In this document: positions 13,870 to 26,487 of the stretch, piece after piece
Position numbering within the stretch: position 1 is the first letter of the stretch
Layout of the letters: each line of letters opens with the position of its first letter
Assembly: GCA_964016885.1 (NCBI GenBank)
Contig: OZ024741.1
Location: forward strand, 51,150,001 to 51,214,000
DNA: 64,000 bases
Direction of reading: 5' to 3'
From: Eledone cirrhosa
Taxonomy: Eukaryota
Translations under genes and position numbers: made by a program
Notes under the pieces: generated by a model
What the model was told of the DNA's origin: nothing
Databases searched by the model: none
Seen by the model: the letters and a program-made list of their open reading frames with translations, nothing else

Positions 13870-16610
13870 CAAAGAATGGATTAGTTAGGTAACCGATAAT
13901 ATAACTGGTACGTGTTTTTATTGGCAACATACCTTGTTTCTTAATCCGGGTTATATGTGTATACATAAATACATATGTAGTAAGAAAAAATTATTTTTCA
14001 AATTCAATGATGATTTAGGATTGGTAATAAAGTTTGGATAGAGGAAGAAGTTTGTGTTAATTATAGAGGTTGTTTGGGTTAATTCGTAAGTCATATAGAA
14101 ATAACAGGTGAAGTGTATTTCAAATTGAGTGGTATAAAATTTTCAAGGCTAAAATTATCTCAGGTTAGGTGATATTAATGCATGGTAATTTAAGTTGTAT
14201 TTAAATTTTAATATTGCTTTTGAATATTTATTAGAGTTTAGATAGAAGAATATGATTTTCATTAAGTCAATTTGGTTAGTTAGATTGTAAGTTATTTTGA
14301 TTAGTTTAGGAGTCAATAGTGTTATTGAAATGAGGAAATACTATATCCACTTTAGAAGGATCAGATTAATGTTGATTTAATTAATTACCGACATTCATTT
14401 ATTATATAGGTTGATTATTTGAGTAAGAATATGTTATTATTTCTAGTTATGTCTCATTTGGTTGGAGAAACTAATTATGACCATAGTGATTTCAAGTATC
14501 AGGTGGGTTTATAGTATTTAAAAGTTTTCAGGATTTTATGATTACATGAAATAATTAATTCCTGATTTTTATTTAGTAACTTATCCTTAGATTTCATGAT
14601 CTGGAACAGTTCCTGAGTACATAATGGGCACTCCCTTCTTTCACCTTGATACAAGTTAGTTCTCTTTAGGACACTCCCTTTTAGGTTGTATGTTATATTA
14701 TTCATTTTAAAATTGTTAATAGTTTCTACTAGTGAGGTGGTATTAGTTAAATTAGTATTTTTAAAAGAATGGGTATGTGAATAGAACCTTTTCTTAAATA
14801 AATTAGAGGTAGCACCTATGTAGGATTGTCTAGTGTCCTTAGTAATTACTTTACATTTATATACTATACTACTAATTAAGCAATTGCCATTAAGGGGGCA
14901 GTTATCTTTAATTCTACAGTTGCATCTGTTTTGGATGTGTTATATAATCTAAGATTATTATTTATGTTATTATTGAGGGCGGTGGATTGGCAGTATCGGT
15001 AGAGGGTCGGACGCCATGCTTTGCAGCACAGTTACGTCCCTTTACGGACTGAGTTCAAATTCCGCCGAGGTTAACTTTGCCTTTCATCCTTACGAGGTCG
15101 ATAAAATAAAGTACCAGTAATACACTGGGATAATTGCTAGCCTTGTGCCAAAAGTAGAAACAATTATTTATGTTATTACAATTATTTTTGTTACTATTAT
15201 TAATGGTATCAGTGCTTGTATTGGTGTCTATTTCACTGGTAATGCAGGATAGTATTATGGATACAGAATTGAGAGACATTAGGTTTGTTTGCGTTTGATT
15301 AGTTGGTGTTGGGCTGGTTGCAAGTGTATTTTCAATGATATGACCAGTAGAGGAAGTTATTACAGCCTGATGATTGCTGGATACTTCATTTAGTTGACCT
15401 AAGTTAGAAGGTGTTTTGCTGATTGTAGGTGTGTAGTTAGTATTATCAGATGTGTTTTTTTTTTTTACATTCTGAGTAATATTTGGTGTAAGACTAGTTC
15501 CGTCTATTTGTTGGGGGTGATTTATGGGTGCATTTTCCACTATTCTATATTTATAGAAATTCATTGCATTTATTTTTTGCTGCAGATTGGTTGATGTTGA
15601 GTAAGAGATTTTAACGGTAAAGTGGTTAAAGAATTGATGATATTTATGGTTAGGTGGGAAGTGCTTATCTAAGATTGCAAAGATTTTTTTAGGAATTTGT
15701 CCCATAGTTTGTATGTTAAAAGGTGCATTATACCATGTGATTTTTCTTTTACGACATCTATTACTAGTTTTATCTTTATTTTTTATGGTTATTCTCAATT
15801 TGATGAGGGGTGTTGGTATAATTAGAGGAGTTGGAGGGAATATTATATCTATTATTATTGCTTATATGGTTTGTGATTGGTATTTTCATGTGATTCAGGA
15901 GTATTATATTGTTGTCTAGCTATGTCTGTATGATTCGCTATGATGGCATTATTTTGCAGTTCGAGCACTCCATTATCAGAAATTTGAGTAGACATTTGGT
16001 CAGTGAGGTCAGCAGGTGGGGGTATTTGTATAGGTGTGGCTGAGTCAGCTACTGTAGAATGATTATTTATAGAAATAGGTAATTGTACATTTAAGGTTAC
16101 TTCAGAGTTATGATATAGGAGGTTTTTACTTACATTATCCATTCGCTTGGTCGAGTTGTTAGCGCATACATTGTTAGTTGTGTTGGAGTTCGGTGCTGAA
16201 ATATTATGGCATGCATTAGTAGAAGGAAGATTAGAAGAGTTGTCCATAGGGAATAAGTTCCTGTTTAGCACGGAGTTTGTAGATATAGGGTTAGTTCTAG
16301 ATTTGGGAATTAAATTAATGGAGGAAGTTTTAGTAGAAATAAGACTATCAGAACCGTTCTTAGGCACTAATATTTTGTGCTTTTTGTAGATCGTAGGCGC
16401 TGGGTCAGTGAAGCTATTAATCGGTATATATGTGATGTGCTCTTTGTATCCGCTTCTAGCGAAGACTTCATTGTAGTACTGCACATTCTTGTAGATGTCC
16501 TCATTAGATGACAGTCTTGAGATCCTAAGTGATATGTTGTAGATTAGGTTGTCGAGGATAGAACTAGGGTGGTTAGATTGCTTATGAATATATTGCATGA
16601 ACACAATACC
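13870..16610 (-). mobile_element. Penelope-like element (Naiad/Neptune-like GIY-YIG), 5' truncated, interrupted by a SINE
   Basis: Minus frames: YIHKQSNHP (thumb), RKRKITWYNAPF, VKISYS, CNCRIKDNCPLNGNCL..IVYKC..SYIGAT..FKKRFYSH (GIY-YIG), CPLCTQE..I..LLNK. Followed by a long AT-rich 3' UTR. Confidence 0.85.
14984..15165 (+). mobile_element. full-length tRNA-derived SINE (family A) with TSD
   Basis: A-box tggcagtatcggtag, B-box gagttcaaattc and family core, flanked by a ttatttatgttatta duplication; inserted in the PLE coding region. Confidence 0.9.
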
Positions 16611-16935
16611 TAATATATCAGACTCTGTATATCAGTTCAGTATATATATATATATGTATATATATATATGTGAAAATGAAGTAATTCTGTCGGAAAGGTC
16701 CAGGAAAAAAGAGTGCTCTATGTAGGTTACAGAGCTTATTAGTTATGTAATAAACAACATAAGATAATTATTTCATTTACCAGTGGTTTCTTGAAAGCAA
16801 ACAAATTTACTTTATATATATATATATATATATAGTATATATATGTACATATATATATATATATAAACAAGGTTTAGCAAATAATGAAAAAGTTTCAAAA
16901 TAAATTTTAAAAAATTGACTTTACCTACTATAGTT

Positions 16936-17018
16936 ACCTTTACCGATCGGTTTCGAATCCCAAAAATAAACGGAGACCATACGGCCTTCATTGCAAAGAA
17001 AGATTCTCGTCAGAAGGT
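16936..17018 (-). ncRNA. type I hammerhead ribozyme with a ~42-nt loop II, inside fold-back element 16863-17127
   Basis: Minus: acctt-CTGACGA-gaatc..gattc-GAAAC-cgatcg-GTA-aaggt; stems I and II are perfect and stem III is palindromic. Confidence 0.85.
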
Positions 17019-17234
17019 TCTTTTCATTCGAAGAATATAAAATTCCTGAATTTAAATTACGAACTAGCGCTATCAAAACTGTTCCTTTATTTTGAAACTT
17101 TTTCATTATTTGCTAAACCTTGTTTATATTTGTTCTGGCTCGTTAATTTATTAACCTGCCATTGAACCACATTGGCATTTGGTTGGACAATACATGCGTA
17201 CCTTAGCGCCTTGTGCGTGAAGGAACACATATCC

Positions 17235-17358
<124 letters not shown>

Positions 17359-17362
17359 ACAA

Positions 17363-17453
<91 letters not shown>

Positions 17454-17957
17454 TGAAGGTTGGGCTGCTCCAGGCTTTAAGAATGCCCAAGAAACGGTGT
17501 ATGCCAATACAATGCCCCTACGATTCCACCAGGAGTTATGGGATAAAACAACATAAACAAACAAAACACATATACACACGTGGGATTGACGGTTGCAACA
17601 ATGAGTACTCCGTGCCACAGTAAGGATCTATTAAGGTCATGTTTGAGTTTTGTTACTCTGGAATTTCTTTTGTGTACTCACAGGCTGACCTTGGGCTGGA
17701 TAAAATGAGTTGCGGTATCACTGGTGCCAAGCTGCGTCTTTCCCTTGAATAACATTGGTGACGTAGTGAAAGGGAGTCTTGTTTGCATGGGAGACTAGTT
17801 TCCACAGGCGACTTCCACAAAAATACTAGGCTTGTGCTCTGAGGGGAACTTTCCTGGAGGCTCCTATGTGTTCCAGATATCATCGCAACAGACATTCTGT
17901 TTGATAGATACAGCAATGTTTATGTTTTCCTACATATCTTGTTAAATATTTCTTAGG

Positions 17958-18290
17958 CACTGGCATGACTGTGTGGATAAGGAGTTTGCCTCATAACTAT
18001 GCAGTTTCCGGTTCGTGGAATTTTGGGAAAGTGTCTTCTCCTGTGGCTACGGGTTGACGAGTGCGTTGTAAGTGAAACTTCGTAGGCGGAATCGGTGCAG
18101 AACATTCGTCATATGTGTGTGTGGCGTTTGTGTGTAGTAGGTTCACTCATAAATTAGCAGTTCGACAAAGATCGATAAAGTAAGTACCAGATTTTAAAAC
18201 GTACTATTGATACGATTGATTACGTCCCTTCAAGGTGGGGTCCCTAGCATGGCCGCCGTCTAATGACTGACAACAGTAACAGACTAAAAG
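17958..18290 (+). mobile_element. old CORE-type tRNA SINE
   Basis: Decayed A/B boxes, ttttgggaaagtgtcttctc CORE-like segment, and gataaagtaagtaccag..cccagcatggcc-like tail. Confidence 0.55.
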
Positions 18291-18465
18291 AGAGAGTCGT
18301 GGACATGTTTGTACACGAAACCCAGTTAATAACAATTTTATACTGTATTTAAACACTTTAATCTTCTCACTACCAAAGTCATTAATTCCCAAACTGTGGT
18401 TCTCGGCGCACTGGTATTCCATGGAATGTGAAAAACACAAATTGAAATTCGAGGTAATAATCATA

Positions 18466-18840
18466 TACAGGGTGCCACACGAAAAAAAGCCCGCGTTCCG
18501 TAGCTTAATATAAATACAGAAATGAATTTTTTGACGCACGAAAAAGCAGCCAGTCTTTCGTTTGAAAGTGTCATTGTTTTAATTCGACCGCTTGTAACTG
18601 CTGAACAAAGATGGCGAACTAGTTGACTGTTTGCTACGTTATCCTCACCACATTCGTTGATGGTAAGATTATATTGAGAGAACATCTCTAGCCTTTTCTA
18701 CAAGACGGCGTACGCAATAGGCGAGGGGGTAGAGAGTGGAGATTGTAGAAGTGTATGTGAGAACGGGTTCTGTTAAAAAAACGCATGAAATGTTTGAAGT
18801 CAAGTTTTAGAGTAAAGGCTTACCGGTTAAGGAGTGCCGC
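18466..18840 (+). mobile_element. Tc1/mariner 5' remnant (DUF4817-type HTH)
   Basis: Terminus ta-cagggtgcc; ~18730-18810 translates to RVEIVEVYVRTGSVKKTHEMFEVKF. Confidence 0.6.
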
Positions 18841-18844
18841 ACTA

Positions 18845-19112
18845 TGGGGTCCAATGACGTTCCTTTTCTCTCTTTATCTATGTACATCTCTTTCGCTTGG
18901 TGGTCCACCTCTCTCTGTATAGATGAGGGCGAAATCATAACTTTCTGGTCTATCTACCTCTTTCTGTCACCTCGAAAACACACGGCGTTCCTTTTACTCT
19001 CTCTAGCTACATACATATCTCTCGCTTGGCAATCCTCCTCTACATATAAACTGAGCGTGAAAGACGGACGGGCGGACGGACGGACAGACAGCGCTCTTAT
19101 TATAATATAGAT
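18845..19112 (-). mobile_element. non-autonomous Helitron-like element, 5' part
   Basis: Minus strand starts tctatattataataagagcgctgtctgtccgtccg (TC start plus (GTCC)n). A similar start occurs at 40220-40426. Confidence 0.45.
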
Positions 19113-19540
19113 TAGCATGCACACGTTATTTTCCTTGCTAAAAAAATAATCCAAAAATAAATTTTTTACCACTTCCTACTAGCACCACGTATTCGCCAGA
19201 TTTGACCCTTCCTTTTCTTCGCAAACGTATTGTTTTCCTTCTTTCTTTTCTTTCTTTTCTTTCTTTTCTTTCTTTTCTCTTATGAACATACGTCTACAAA
19301 GAAGAGCAATTTCGATTTCACTAAAGTTTTCAATAAGTTGGAACGAAATAATGGCACTTTTGACAGCGTAATTATAAACATGTGGATGTGTGTGTGTATA
19401 CTTATACATGCATATATATGTGTGTGTATACATCCAAGCATATATGTATATAAAGATAACATAAATACATTCACACACCTCCACACACACTTCTATTCAA
19501 CACAACCCATATGTATATAGTATACATATTATATATATAC

Positions 19541-19712
19541 ATCGGTAGAGGGTCGGACGCCATGCTTTGCAGCAAAGAGTTACGGCCCTTTATGGTCTGA
19601 GTTCAAATCCCGCCGAGGTTAACTTTGCCTTTCATCCTTACGGGGTCGATAAAATAAAGTACTAGTAATGTACTGGGTAATTGCTGGCCTTGTGCCAAAA
19701 GTAGAAACAATT
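19541..19712 (+). mobile_element. tRNA-derived SINE (family A)
   Basis: Same sequence as 14984-15165; flanked by an attatatatatacat duplication. Confidence 0.9.
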
Positions 19713-19722
19713 ATATATATAC

Positions 19723-19756
<34 letters not shown>

Positions 19757-19904
19757 ACATACATATGTGTGTGTGTGTACTTATACATGTATATATGTAT
19801 ATGTATGTGTGTGTATGTGTGTGTAGATACGCTTGAGTGTGTGAGTACGCTTGTGTTGTGTGTGTGTACAGTTATTCGTAACTTAACGGTAATTAACATA
19901 TTAT

Positions 19905-20660
19905 ACAGTGTTCCCACAACCACGTTAATTTGATGGAATACTAATCACTGGGAATTATGATTAAGCCAGCAAAATAAAAAGCAATTTGGACTTACTGCAA
20001 GTTGTGGTGGGGAGTGGGGTTCTGAAGAGCCGATTTCAACAGATTTAGCTTTATTCTTCTCTGTTTATATAATATATTTTGTGATAACAATTTGGTTATC
20101 GGAACTTCGACGAAAGAGCATGTTTCTATCTATATTTGGATCAATATCTGTTAATCGCTGCTTGGACAACTTTATATTCTGAAAAGCTTTTTCCTCAAAT
20201 TCTTTTACCATTATTTCCTTCGGAGATATAATTTTATTATGTTCCGTTGTTTCTTTCTTTCTTTCTACTCCTCCTCCTCCTTCTTCTTCTTCTTCTTCTT
20301 CTTCTTCTACACCAATATTCCAGAAACACCTCCCCAGAATTAACACCCTCGAAGCCAATGCCTCATCAATTGTTTCATCAATGACTTGGTTTACTGGATT
20401 TTTTGAAGCCACTAAAATGATAATCGCATTCAGGCAAAATATTCTGCCAGACTGCTCTTATTGCAGTAGATGCTTGTCATTTCCTCGCTTGCTTTATGAA
20501 TATTTTCATTTCCTTGTTATATGTTTTATGTTCAATTTTTTTAAATAGCAGTATCTCCAATTGCCTGTATTGATGTCTTTTTTTTAATATAATAGAGCTT
20601 TGAAAGTAGCTAATGTTTTCTGATCTATCGGCTGTTATATCGACGTCAGATTTGTTCCTT
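19905..20660 (-). mobile_element. Tigger/pogo transposon 3' remnant
   Basis: Terminus ta-cagtgttccc. Minus frames give TNLTSI*QPIDQKTLATFKA (decayed PNTTSxxQPMDQGxIxxFK of DDE_1) and an acidic C-terminus ..AFQNI..DIDPNIDRNMLF. Confidence 0.7.
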
Positions 20661-20984
20661 ATACGAGAAAAATCATTAAGCTATCAAACCAAGAAAGCTG
20701 GCTGTAGAATGTGTAGCAACAATGGCAGTGCTCCAGCATGGCCTCAGCCTGTTGGCTGGAACACGTAATGGAATAGTAGACTATTAGCCCAGATCCGAAA
20801 ACAATAGTTACATTCAAACTCTTTTTAAAAGGCATTCTCACTGGCAACTGGATAAGGATAAAGATCCCATAACTCCTTGTGAAGTCGTAGAGGTACTGTC
20901 ATACAGCGTGTCTAGGGCACATTTAAACCTGGCGGAGTCCCACCCTCTCCAGGTCTGAACACAGCCGATTTTTTCTACAGGGGA

Positions 20985-21150
20985 AGAATCGACCCCTGTA
21001 CCGGACTGGTACTTTTTTATCGACCACGAAAGGATGAAAGGCAAAGTTGACCCCGGTGGGATTTGAACTCAGAACGCTCAATAAGGTGGGACGAATATCG
21101 TAAAGCATTCTATCCGACTTCTTAATGACTCTGCCAATTCGCCGCTTGGC
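20985..21150 (-). mobile_element. tRNA-derived SINE (family A subfamily)
   Basis: Reverse complement of gagttcaaatccc..tttgcctttcatcctttcgtggtcgataaaaaagtaccag. Confidence 0.85.
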
Positions 21151-21225
21151 AACTGGAGAAATTGCTATTAAAAAAATGGAACGTAAAATAAGCAAATTAA
21201 AATATTACAATTTCCCTGACTATCT

Positions 21226-21590
21226 GACGAGGGTCAGATGAAATGTTCGTAGGCTGACCAAGATACTCTCATGGAATGAACAAATGAGGTTAGGGTCAGC
21301 TGAAATGTTCGTAGGCTGACTAAGATACTCTCATGGTGTGACCAAATGAAATTGAGGCTTATTTTCAACATAGTCCCTAGACAGAAACGATACAGTTATT
21401 AATAAGAAGAGTTGAAATTAATGAATACAAGATTCTACAGCTCTAGCATTACTCCTTCATAGGCTAACCAGGTACTCTCATGGAATGACCAAATGAGGTT
21501 TATTTTTCAACATAGTCCATAGAGAGAAGCAATGCAGTTATTAATAAGAGTTGAAATTAATGCATGTAAGATTTCACAGCTCTAGCATCC
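21226..21590 (+). repeat. tandemly duplicated mariner-like terminal fragments
   Basis: taggctgaccaagatactctcatggaatg occurs three times; starts cgagggtcag like a mariner TIR. Confidence 0.5.
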
Positions 21591-21749
21591 CTCTTTCATA
21601 TATAATATGTAGGTTTCCGAGTGGTGTCGGAGGTAACCACAGATAAATAGCGTACTCAATATGTAAGTAGAGTATAAGCATCTTTATTATATATAAAAAT
21701 GATTTCATACGAATTAAACAGTTCTAGTCCCGTAGAAGTCATTTCTATA

Positions 21750-22380
21750 TGTAATACATTCCTTCCAAAACTTTAAGCCCTATATATAGCAATGTCGGAC
21801 TGGAACCTAACACCACATCTAGCATCAAACACCAGAGACACACCCTATACTACATACCCAACACTAGCTGATCCATTATAACACAAACAACGACATCCCT
21901 CTGGAACCCTTCGCAGGGAAAATACCCATTTATACCTCTACGGCAGGTGTGACAACATCCACCCACTTGGACGGCACTACACCGCTCTAAGGGTAATTTG
22001 AGCATGAATTGATCGGTTGGATGGTGTTGGGCAGAGGAAACACCTTCCTTAGACAGATGTAAAATGATTTAATCGAGTAGCGCTGTTGACCAGTAGGACC
22101 GGGCTGCTGAGCGCAGTGAGTGAATGCAATGCAACTGCCGTGCGGGTTGTACGTATATGGATGATCTGACGGTCAGAGAGGGGTCGCGAGGACTGCGGAT
22201 TGACCTTTGGCCTGCCTGGGGACGATTATCTTTCGACATCCAATGTAGCAAGCGATGACCCAGATCTTACCAGAGATCATTGGGTCCTGAAGCAATCCTG
22301 CAATCACCGCGCCTGGTCATATGAGCAGACTACAACCACAGAGATCATTAATTTAGAATCCTCGCTCATCATCTATAATT
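21750..22380 (-). mobile_element. decayed Gypsy 3' end (post-integrase remnant, PPT, LTR start)
   Basis: Minus: LQDP..W motif near 22290; PPT-like aagtgggtgga at 21958-21968 followed by tgtcacacc at 21954. Confidence 0.4.
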
Positions 22381-22509
22381 TCCATTTGTAGCACCTTAAG
22401 ATGGGTTAATCCACCTTAATAATAATATGATCACCTTCAGCATAATTTAGTTAAACTACTCTATAGTTAGTACACTTTATGCTTTAAAAGTCTCTCTTGG
22501 AAGGTGCAC

Positions 22510-23330
22510 CTCACCATAGAATTTAGGGTCTATATTGGGACACATTTTAATGGCTAGATATAGAAACCCCAGAGTTACCTCCCCGCATGCATTAACTCCC
22601 CTTAGCCACACACACACTTCCGGTATTCAATGGCGTTTCTCGAAACGTAACAACCTCCTGTATCGAACTAAAGAACACCAGACTACGATCTCTAACTGGA
22701 TTGTCGTGGATTATGTGAAAGGCATATAATCGAAATATACACTCCCTTGACCATGAAAATGCCGAAGTACATGAATTACTTGACATCCCTGCGCTGTGCA
22801 TCTCCAATACTTATAACACTTTTAATGCTTGCACTATCTTTAATGCTTATAATATTTCTCCACACACAGACTATATCAATCATATAAAGACTTTGCCACC
22901 AGATCTACCAACCTAACACTCTTATTTACCTACCTAAGTGCCTCTACCACACATATCTCTCTGCCACACTATATAAACAAGACGCACATGCGTACCACAT
23001 ATATAACATTTGCACTATATAACCACTTATCTTCATGTTGTACTTTAACCTATATCTTTGATTTTTGATTGTACCTATTAATATAAATGTAATCTCGAAG
23101 TGTGTACTGCCACTCTAAATTCTGTAATGAATGTTGACCCACAATGTTTGAATATGTATCAATGTTTGAATATGGATTGGTATGTCTCTCGGCTGAAAAG
23201 GAGGTCATATAACTGTCCATGCATTAATAAATTGCTCCGAAGAATCCAAACCTCGGTTTGGAGGAAACAGCTGTAAGCACAATAATGTTTTGAACAGTTC
23301 TTTGATTCTTATATTTCATATATTTCATAT
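22510..23330 (+). mobile_element. decayed PLE 3' end (GIY-YIG remnant + pseudo-LTR)
   Basis: KRNNLLYRTKEH and HSLDHENAEV remnants; hammerhead at 23233-23279. Confidence 0.55.
23233..23279 (+). ncRNA. type I hammerhead ribozyme (U4C core)
   Basis: tgct-CCGAAGA-a-tccaaacc-tc-ggtttgga-g-GAAAC-agct-GTA-agca. Confidence 0.75.
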
Positions 23331-23963
23331 ATATATATATATATTTAAGTCGTTTGGAAGCCTCGACAATGCAAATGGGTAAATCTCCGGGTAACAAGAT
23401 CCGGTGGTGGAGAGAGAGATGTAAGTGGGTGTACGTTGAGATGCGTGGTGTGTAAATGTGTAGAAGAAAGAAGGGAAGAGTATAAAGGATAAAATAAAAA
23501 TAACAACACAAGAGAGATTTACCTTGGGAGAGATTTAATAGTCCCTATATATTTCGGATTCACATCCATCAACTGGGGTTTTTTATTCCGGGGTAAAGGT
23601 TGTCTGTCGGACAGGTGCAAAACGCGTCCTCCGCTGTTTGTTGTTTTGAATATCTGAGGTATTCGGCAGAGCGCGCGTGCGCGTGAAATAGAGTCGGTCG
23701 GGCAGAGGTCAGCGGCCGAATGAGGGAGTGGGGTGGCGCTAGCTGTCAGTCCATTCTCTGCCTGTTTGTTAAATGTTACTGTGTGTGTGTGTGCGTGTGT
23801 TGTTGTCTCGCTTGAGTGTGTGTGTGTGTGCGTGTGTAGTTGCCTTGTTCCTCTGTATTGGCAGTGTAGTATGTTCGTATGGTGGAATGCTACTGTGTGT
23901 GTGTGTGTGTAGTTGTCTCGTTTGTGTGTGCGTGTGTTGTGTGTTGCTACATCGTTTGTTAAC

Positions 23964-25745
23964 TTAAACCAGCCATCTCATTTCGCTTCTCTCTAATCGG
24001 TTGTTTATTTGCGGTTGCAGGCGTTTGATAAAAAGTGCTTCCTTGATACGTAACGTGCCGACGTTTCTTTCAGTCGCTAGAATTGTGACATTGGGCCTTC
24101 CGTCTTTGTTTCCGCATTTGTCTATGTGTTTCCGGAAAGACGAGGCCCTGGTTTTAGTGTGTTCCTTGATCCGGATGTGCAAAGGTCGGATTGTGCTACC
24201 TATGTAGTATTGGTTGCACCTGTCACATTCTATCTTATACACGACGTATGTGCGTAGGCAACAGTTCGCATGGCGTATCGAGCAGTCTCTGAGGGAGAAT
24301 GCGTCAGTAGATTTCCCGGGTTTCTTGGAGAGGCATCTTCGCAGGGTGGGGCCCGAGTGGGCCAGGTGGATGTCGAGGCCCTCCCTCCGTATAGCCTTGC
24401 GGATAGCGTTGGTGGTATTCTCGCCCAGATGTGGAATTTTAAGGAAGCACTTGCCTTGGGTGCCTCTCTGTCTCTTGTGTCTGGTGTCTCCTATTCTGTC
24501 TGTGATCGAGGTAGGGTACCCGTTCGTCTCCAGCACCTCGAGGAATCGCTTGGTATGAGTGACACCACTCGCGGGATCGCTGCATCTGTTTTTGATTCGC
24601 GCGATCTCGTTCGTGATGTATCCTCTTTTGGCACTGTTAGGGAGGGCGGACTTGTAGTGAACGAACAGGTCCCTGCAGGCTGCCTTTCGGTAGAAGTTGC
24701 AGTGGATCCTTCCTTGTTCCGTGATGTTGATTCGGAAGTCGAGGAGGGCAAGTGACCCGTCTTCGTTGGGGTGTTCAACACTGAAGTCAATGTTCTCGTC
24801 CGTGTTGTTGAACGTCTCATAGATTCTGTTCGCCGTGTCTTGGGAAGATGTGAGGATGAGGATATCGTCCACGTACCTTGAGAAAAAGGCTACGGCGTTG
24901 GGGTGGCAGGCGTTGAGTGCCTTGCGTTCGAGGTTGTCCATGTAAGAGATCGCTAGCACACCAGATAGGCTTGATCCCATGGGCAATCCCGAGGTTTGTT
25001 GGTATGTTTGGTCAAGGAATCCGAAGTAGGTGTTGTCGACGACGATGGATAAGAGTTGGTGGATGTCAGTGGTGGTGAGCCCGAAGCAGTGTAAGTCGGT
25101 GGATTGGACGCGTTCCATCAGTATATTGACGGCCGGGAGTGCCGGGACCGAGGTGTAGAGAGCGACTACATCAAGGCTGAAGGCATATCTGTTATTCCTT
25201 CTGGTGTCGGGATCCATTTGATGCAGGCGCTTCAACACCTCCTCAGAGCTGTTAACGTGTCCCGGCAAGGTGTCTAAGATGGGTTTGAGTATTCTGGCTA
25301 GGAGCCATGAAATTTTGTAGAGTGGTCCCTCCACGCTCGATACGATGGGCCTGATCTTCAGGTCGGGTCCCTGTTTGTGTGTTTTCACGAGGTGGTAGAA
25401 GGCGGGTAGTCTGCTGTTCCTCGTGAGGAGGTTGTATCTCAGCTTCTTCGGGAGCTTCCGCCGGTCGCAGATGTTGGTCCAGGCGGCGTTGATGTGCTCT
25501 TCTATCTGCGCGGGGTGATTCCCGTGACCTTGGAGTAGAGGTTGTCATCGTCAAGGTGTTGGAGGGCCAGGGTGTTGTAGGCCTCTCTACTGATGATGCA
25601 GAATTCTTTTCCCTTGTCGGAGGGGAGATAGATGAGGTTCTCCGATTTTAGGTTGGAGAGAGTGGTGAGTTGAGATTTGGTGAGGTTATGTGTTGTGCGT
25701 GTGTGTTTGTGAAGTATATGCGAGATGGAGTGTTTTAGCCTGATG
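23964..25745 (-). pseudogene. Penelope RT-GIY-YIG polyprotein, one frameshift near 25511
   Basis: SDKG, KTHK..RPIVS, SLDVVALYT, GLPMGSSLS, RYVDD, LDF, YRK, VVYKIEC..C..YYIGST.R.L..RIKEH, LRIKEALFI..P.IN. Confidence 0.95.
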
Positions 25746-25811
25746 AAACAACAAACAGCGGAGGACGCGTTTCGCACCTGTCCGACAGACAACCTTTACC
25801 CCGGAAAAAAA

Positions 25812-25847
25812 CCCCAGTTGATGGATGTGAATCCGAAATATATAGGG
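25812..25847 (+). ncRNA. hammerhead-like motif with non-canonical core CAGUUGA
   Basis: ccc-CAGTTGA-t-ggat-gtga-atcc-GAAA-tata-TA-ggg; also at 23543-23578(-), 38284-38322(+), and a variant at 51332-51367(+). Confidence 0.65.
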
Positions 25848-26189
25848 ACTATTAAATCTCTCCCAAGGTAACTCTCTCTTGTGTTGTTATTTTTATTTTA
25901 TCCTTTATACTCTTCCCTTCTTTCTTCTACACATTTACACATCTTTACACACCACGCATCTCAACGTAAAGACCATTTGGTCTCTCGCAACGTAAAGACC
26001 ATTTGGTCTCTCTCATCCTGAACTTCCAAGGAACAACACGTACAACATGTAACGGTGAGATTTTGCACTTTGGCCTGCCGGCCTGCCAGCCTGCCTCGGA
26101 CCTGGCACAATGGCACATGCCCTTTTGTAACCTTTTTTTATGTTTAACTTCAACCATACAAATTAACAAACATTATTTGTGCTACAACA

Positions 26190-26375
26190 CGGTGGATTGG
26201 CAGTATCGGTAGAGAGTCGGACACCATGCTTTGAAGCATAGAGTTACGTCCCTTTATGATCTGAGTTCAAATCCCGCCGAGGTTAACTTTGTCTTTCATC
26301 CTTACGGGGTCGATAAAATAAAGTACCAGTAATGTACTGTGTAATTGCTGGCCTTGTGCCTAAAAATAGAAACAA
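26190..26375 (+). mobile_element. full-length tRNA-derived SINE (family A) with 18-bp TSD
   Basis: TSD attatttgtgctacaaca at 26172 and 26375. Confidence 0.92.
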
Positions 26376-26487
26376 TTATTTGTGCTACAACAAAAATAAA
26401 CATACATTTCATCTCTAATTTCTGCTGTTGACATCATTATTATGTTACTCGTGTCCCAATAACATTAATATACTATGCTGCCAAAAA

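Larger units (their letters stand above)
23345..25969 (-). mobile_element. Penelope-like retroelement, 5' truncated, with direct 3' pseudo-LTR (23345-23680) and inverted 5' pseudo-LTR (25746-25969)
   Basis: RT + GIY-YIG ORF; 25746-25969 is the reverse complement of ~23430-23646. Confidence 0.95.

Noticed and set aside
14984-15070. tRNA genes (also at 26190, 36440 and 50400)
   Set aside because: A/B boxes run straight into SINE bodies, some with TSDs, and there is no complete cloverleaf or acceptor stem.
20065-20412. 115-aa acidic ORF as a host exon
   Set aside because: It is collinear with a decayed DDE_1 motif and a Tigger-like terminus, so it is a transposase C-terminus.
21608-21750. LTR carrying a hammerhead (LTR-retrozyme)
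   Set aside because: The segment matches the PLE tail family at 31750/41740 in fold-back form and its core is destroyed; better explained as a PLE insertion beside an LTR remnant.
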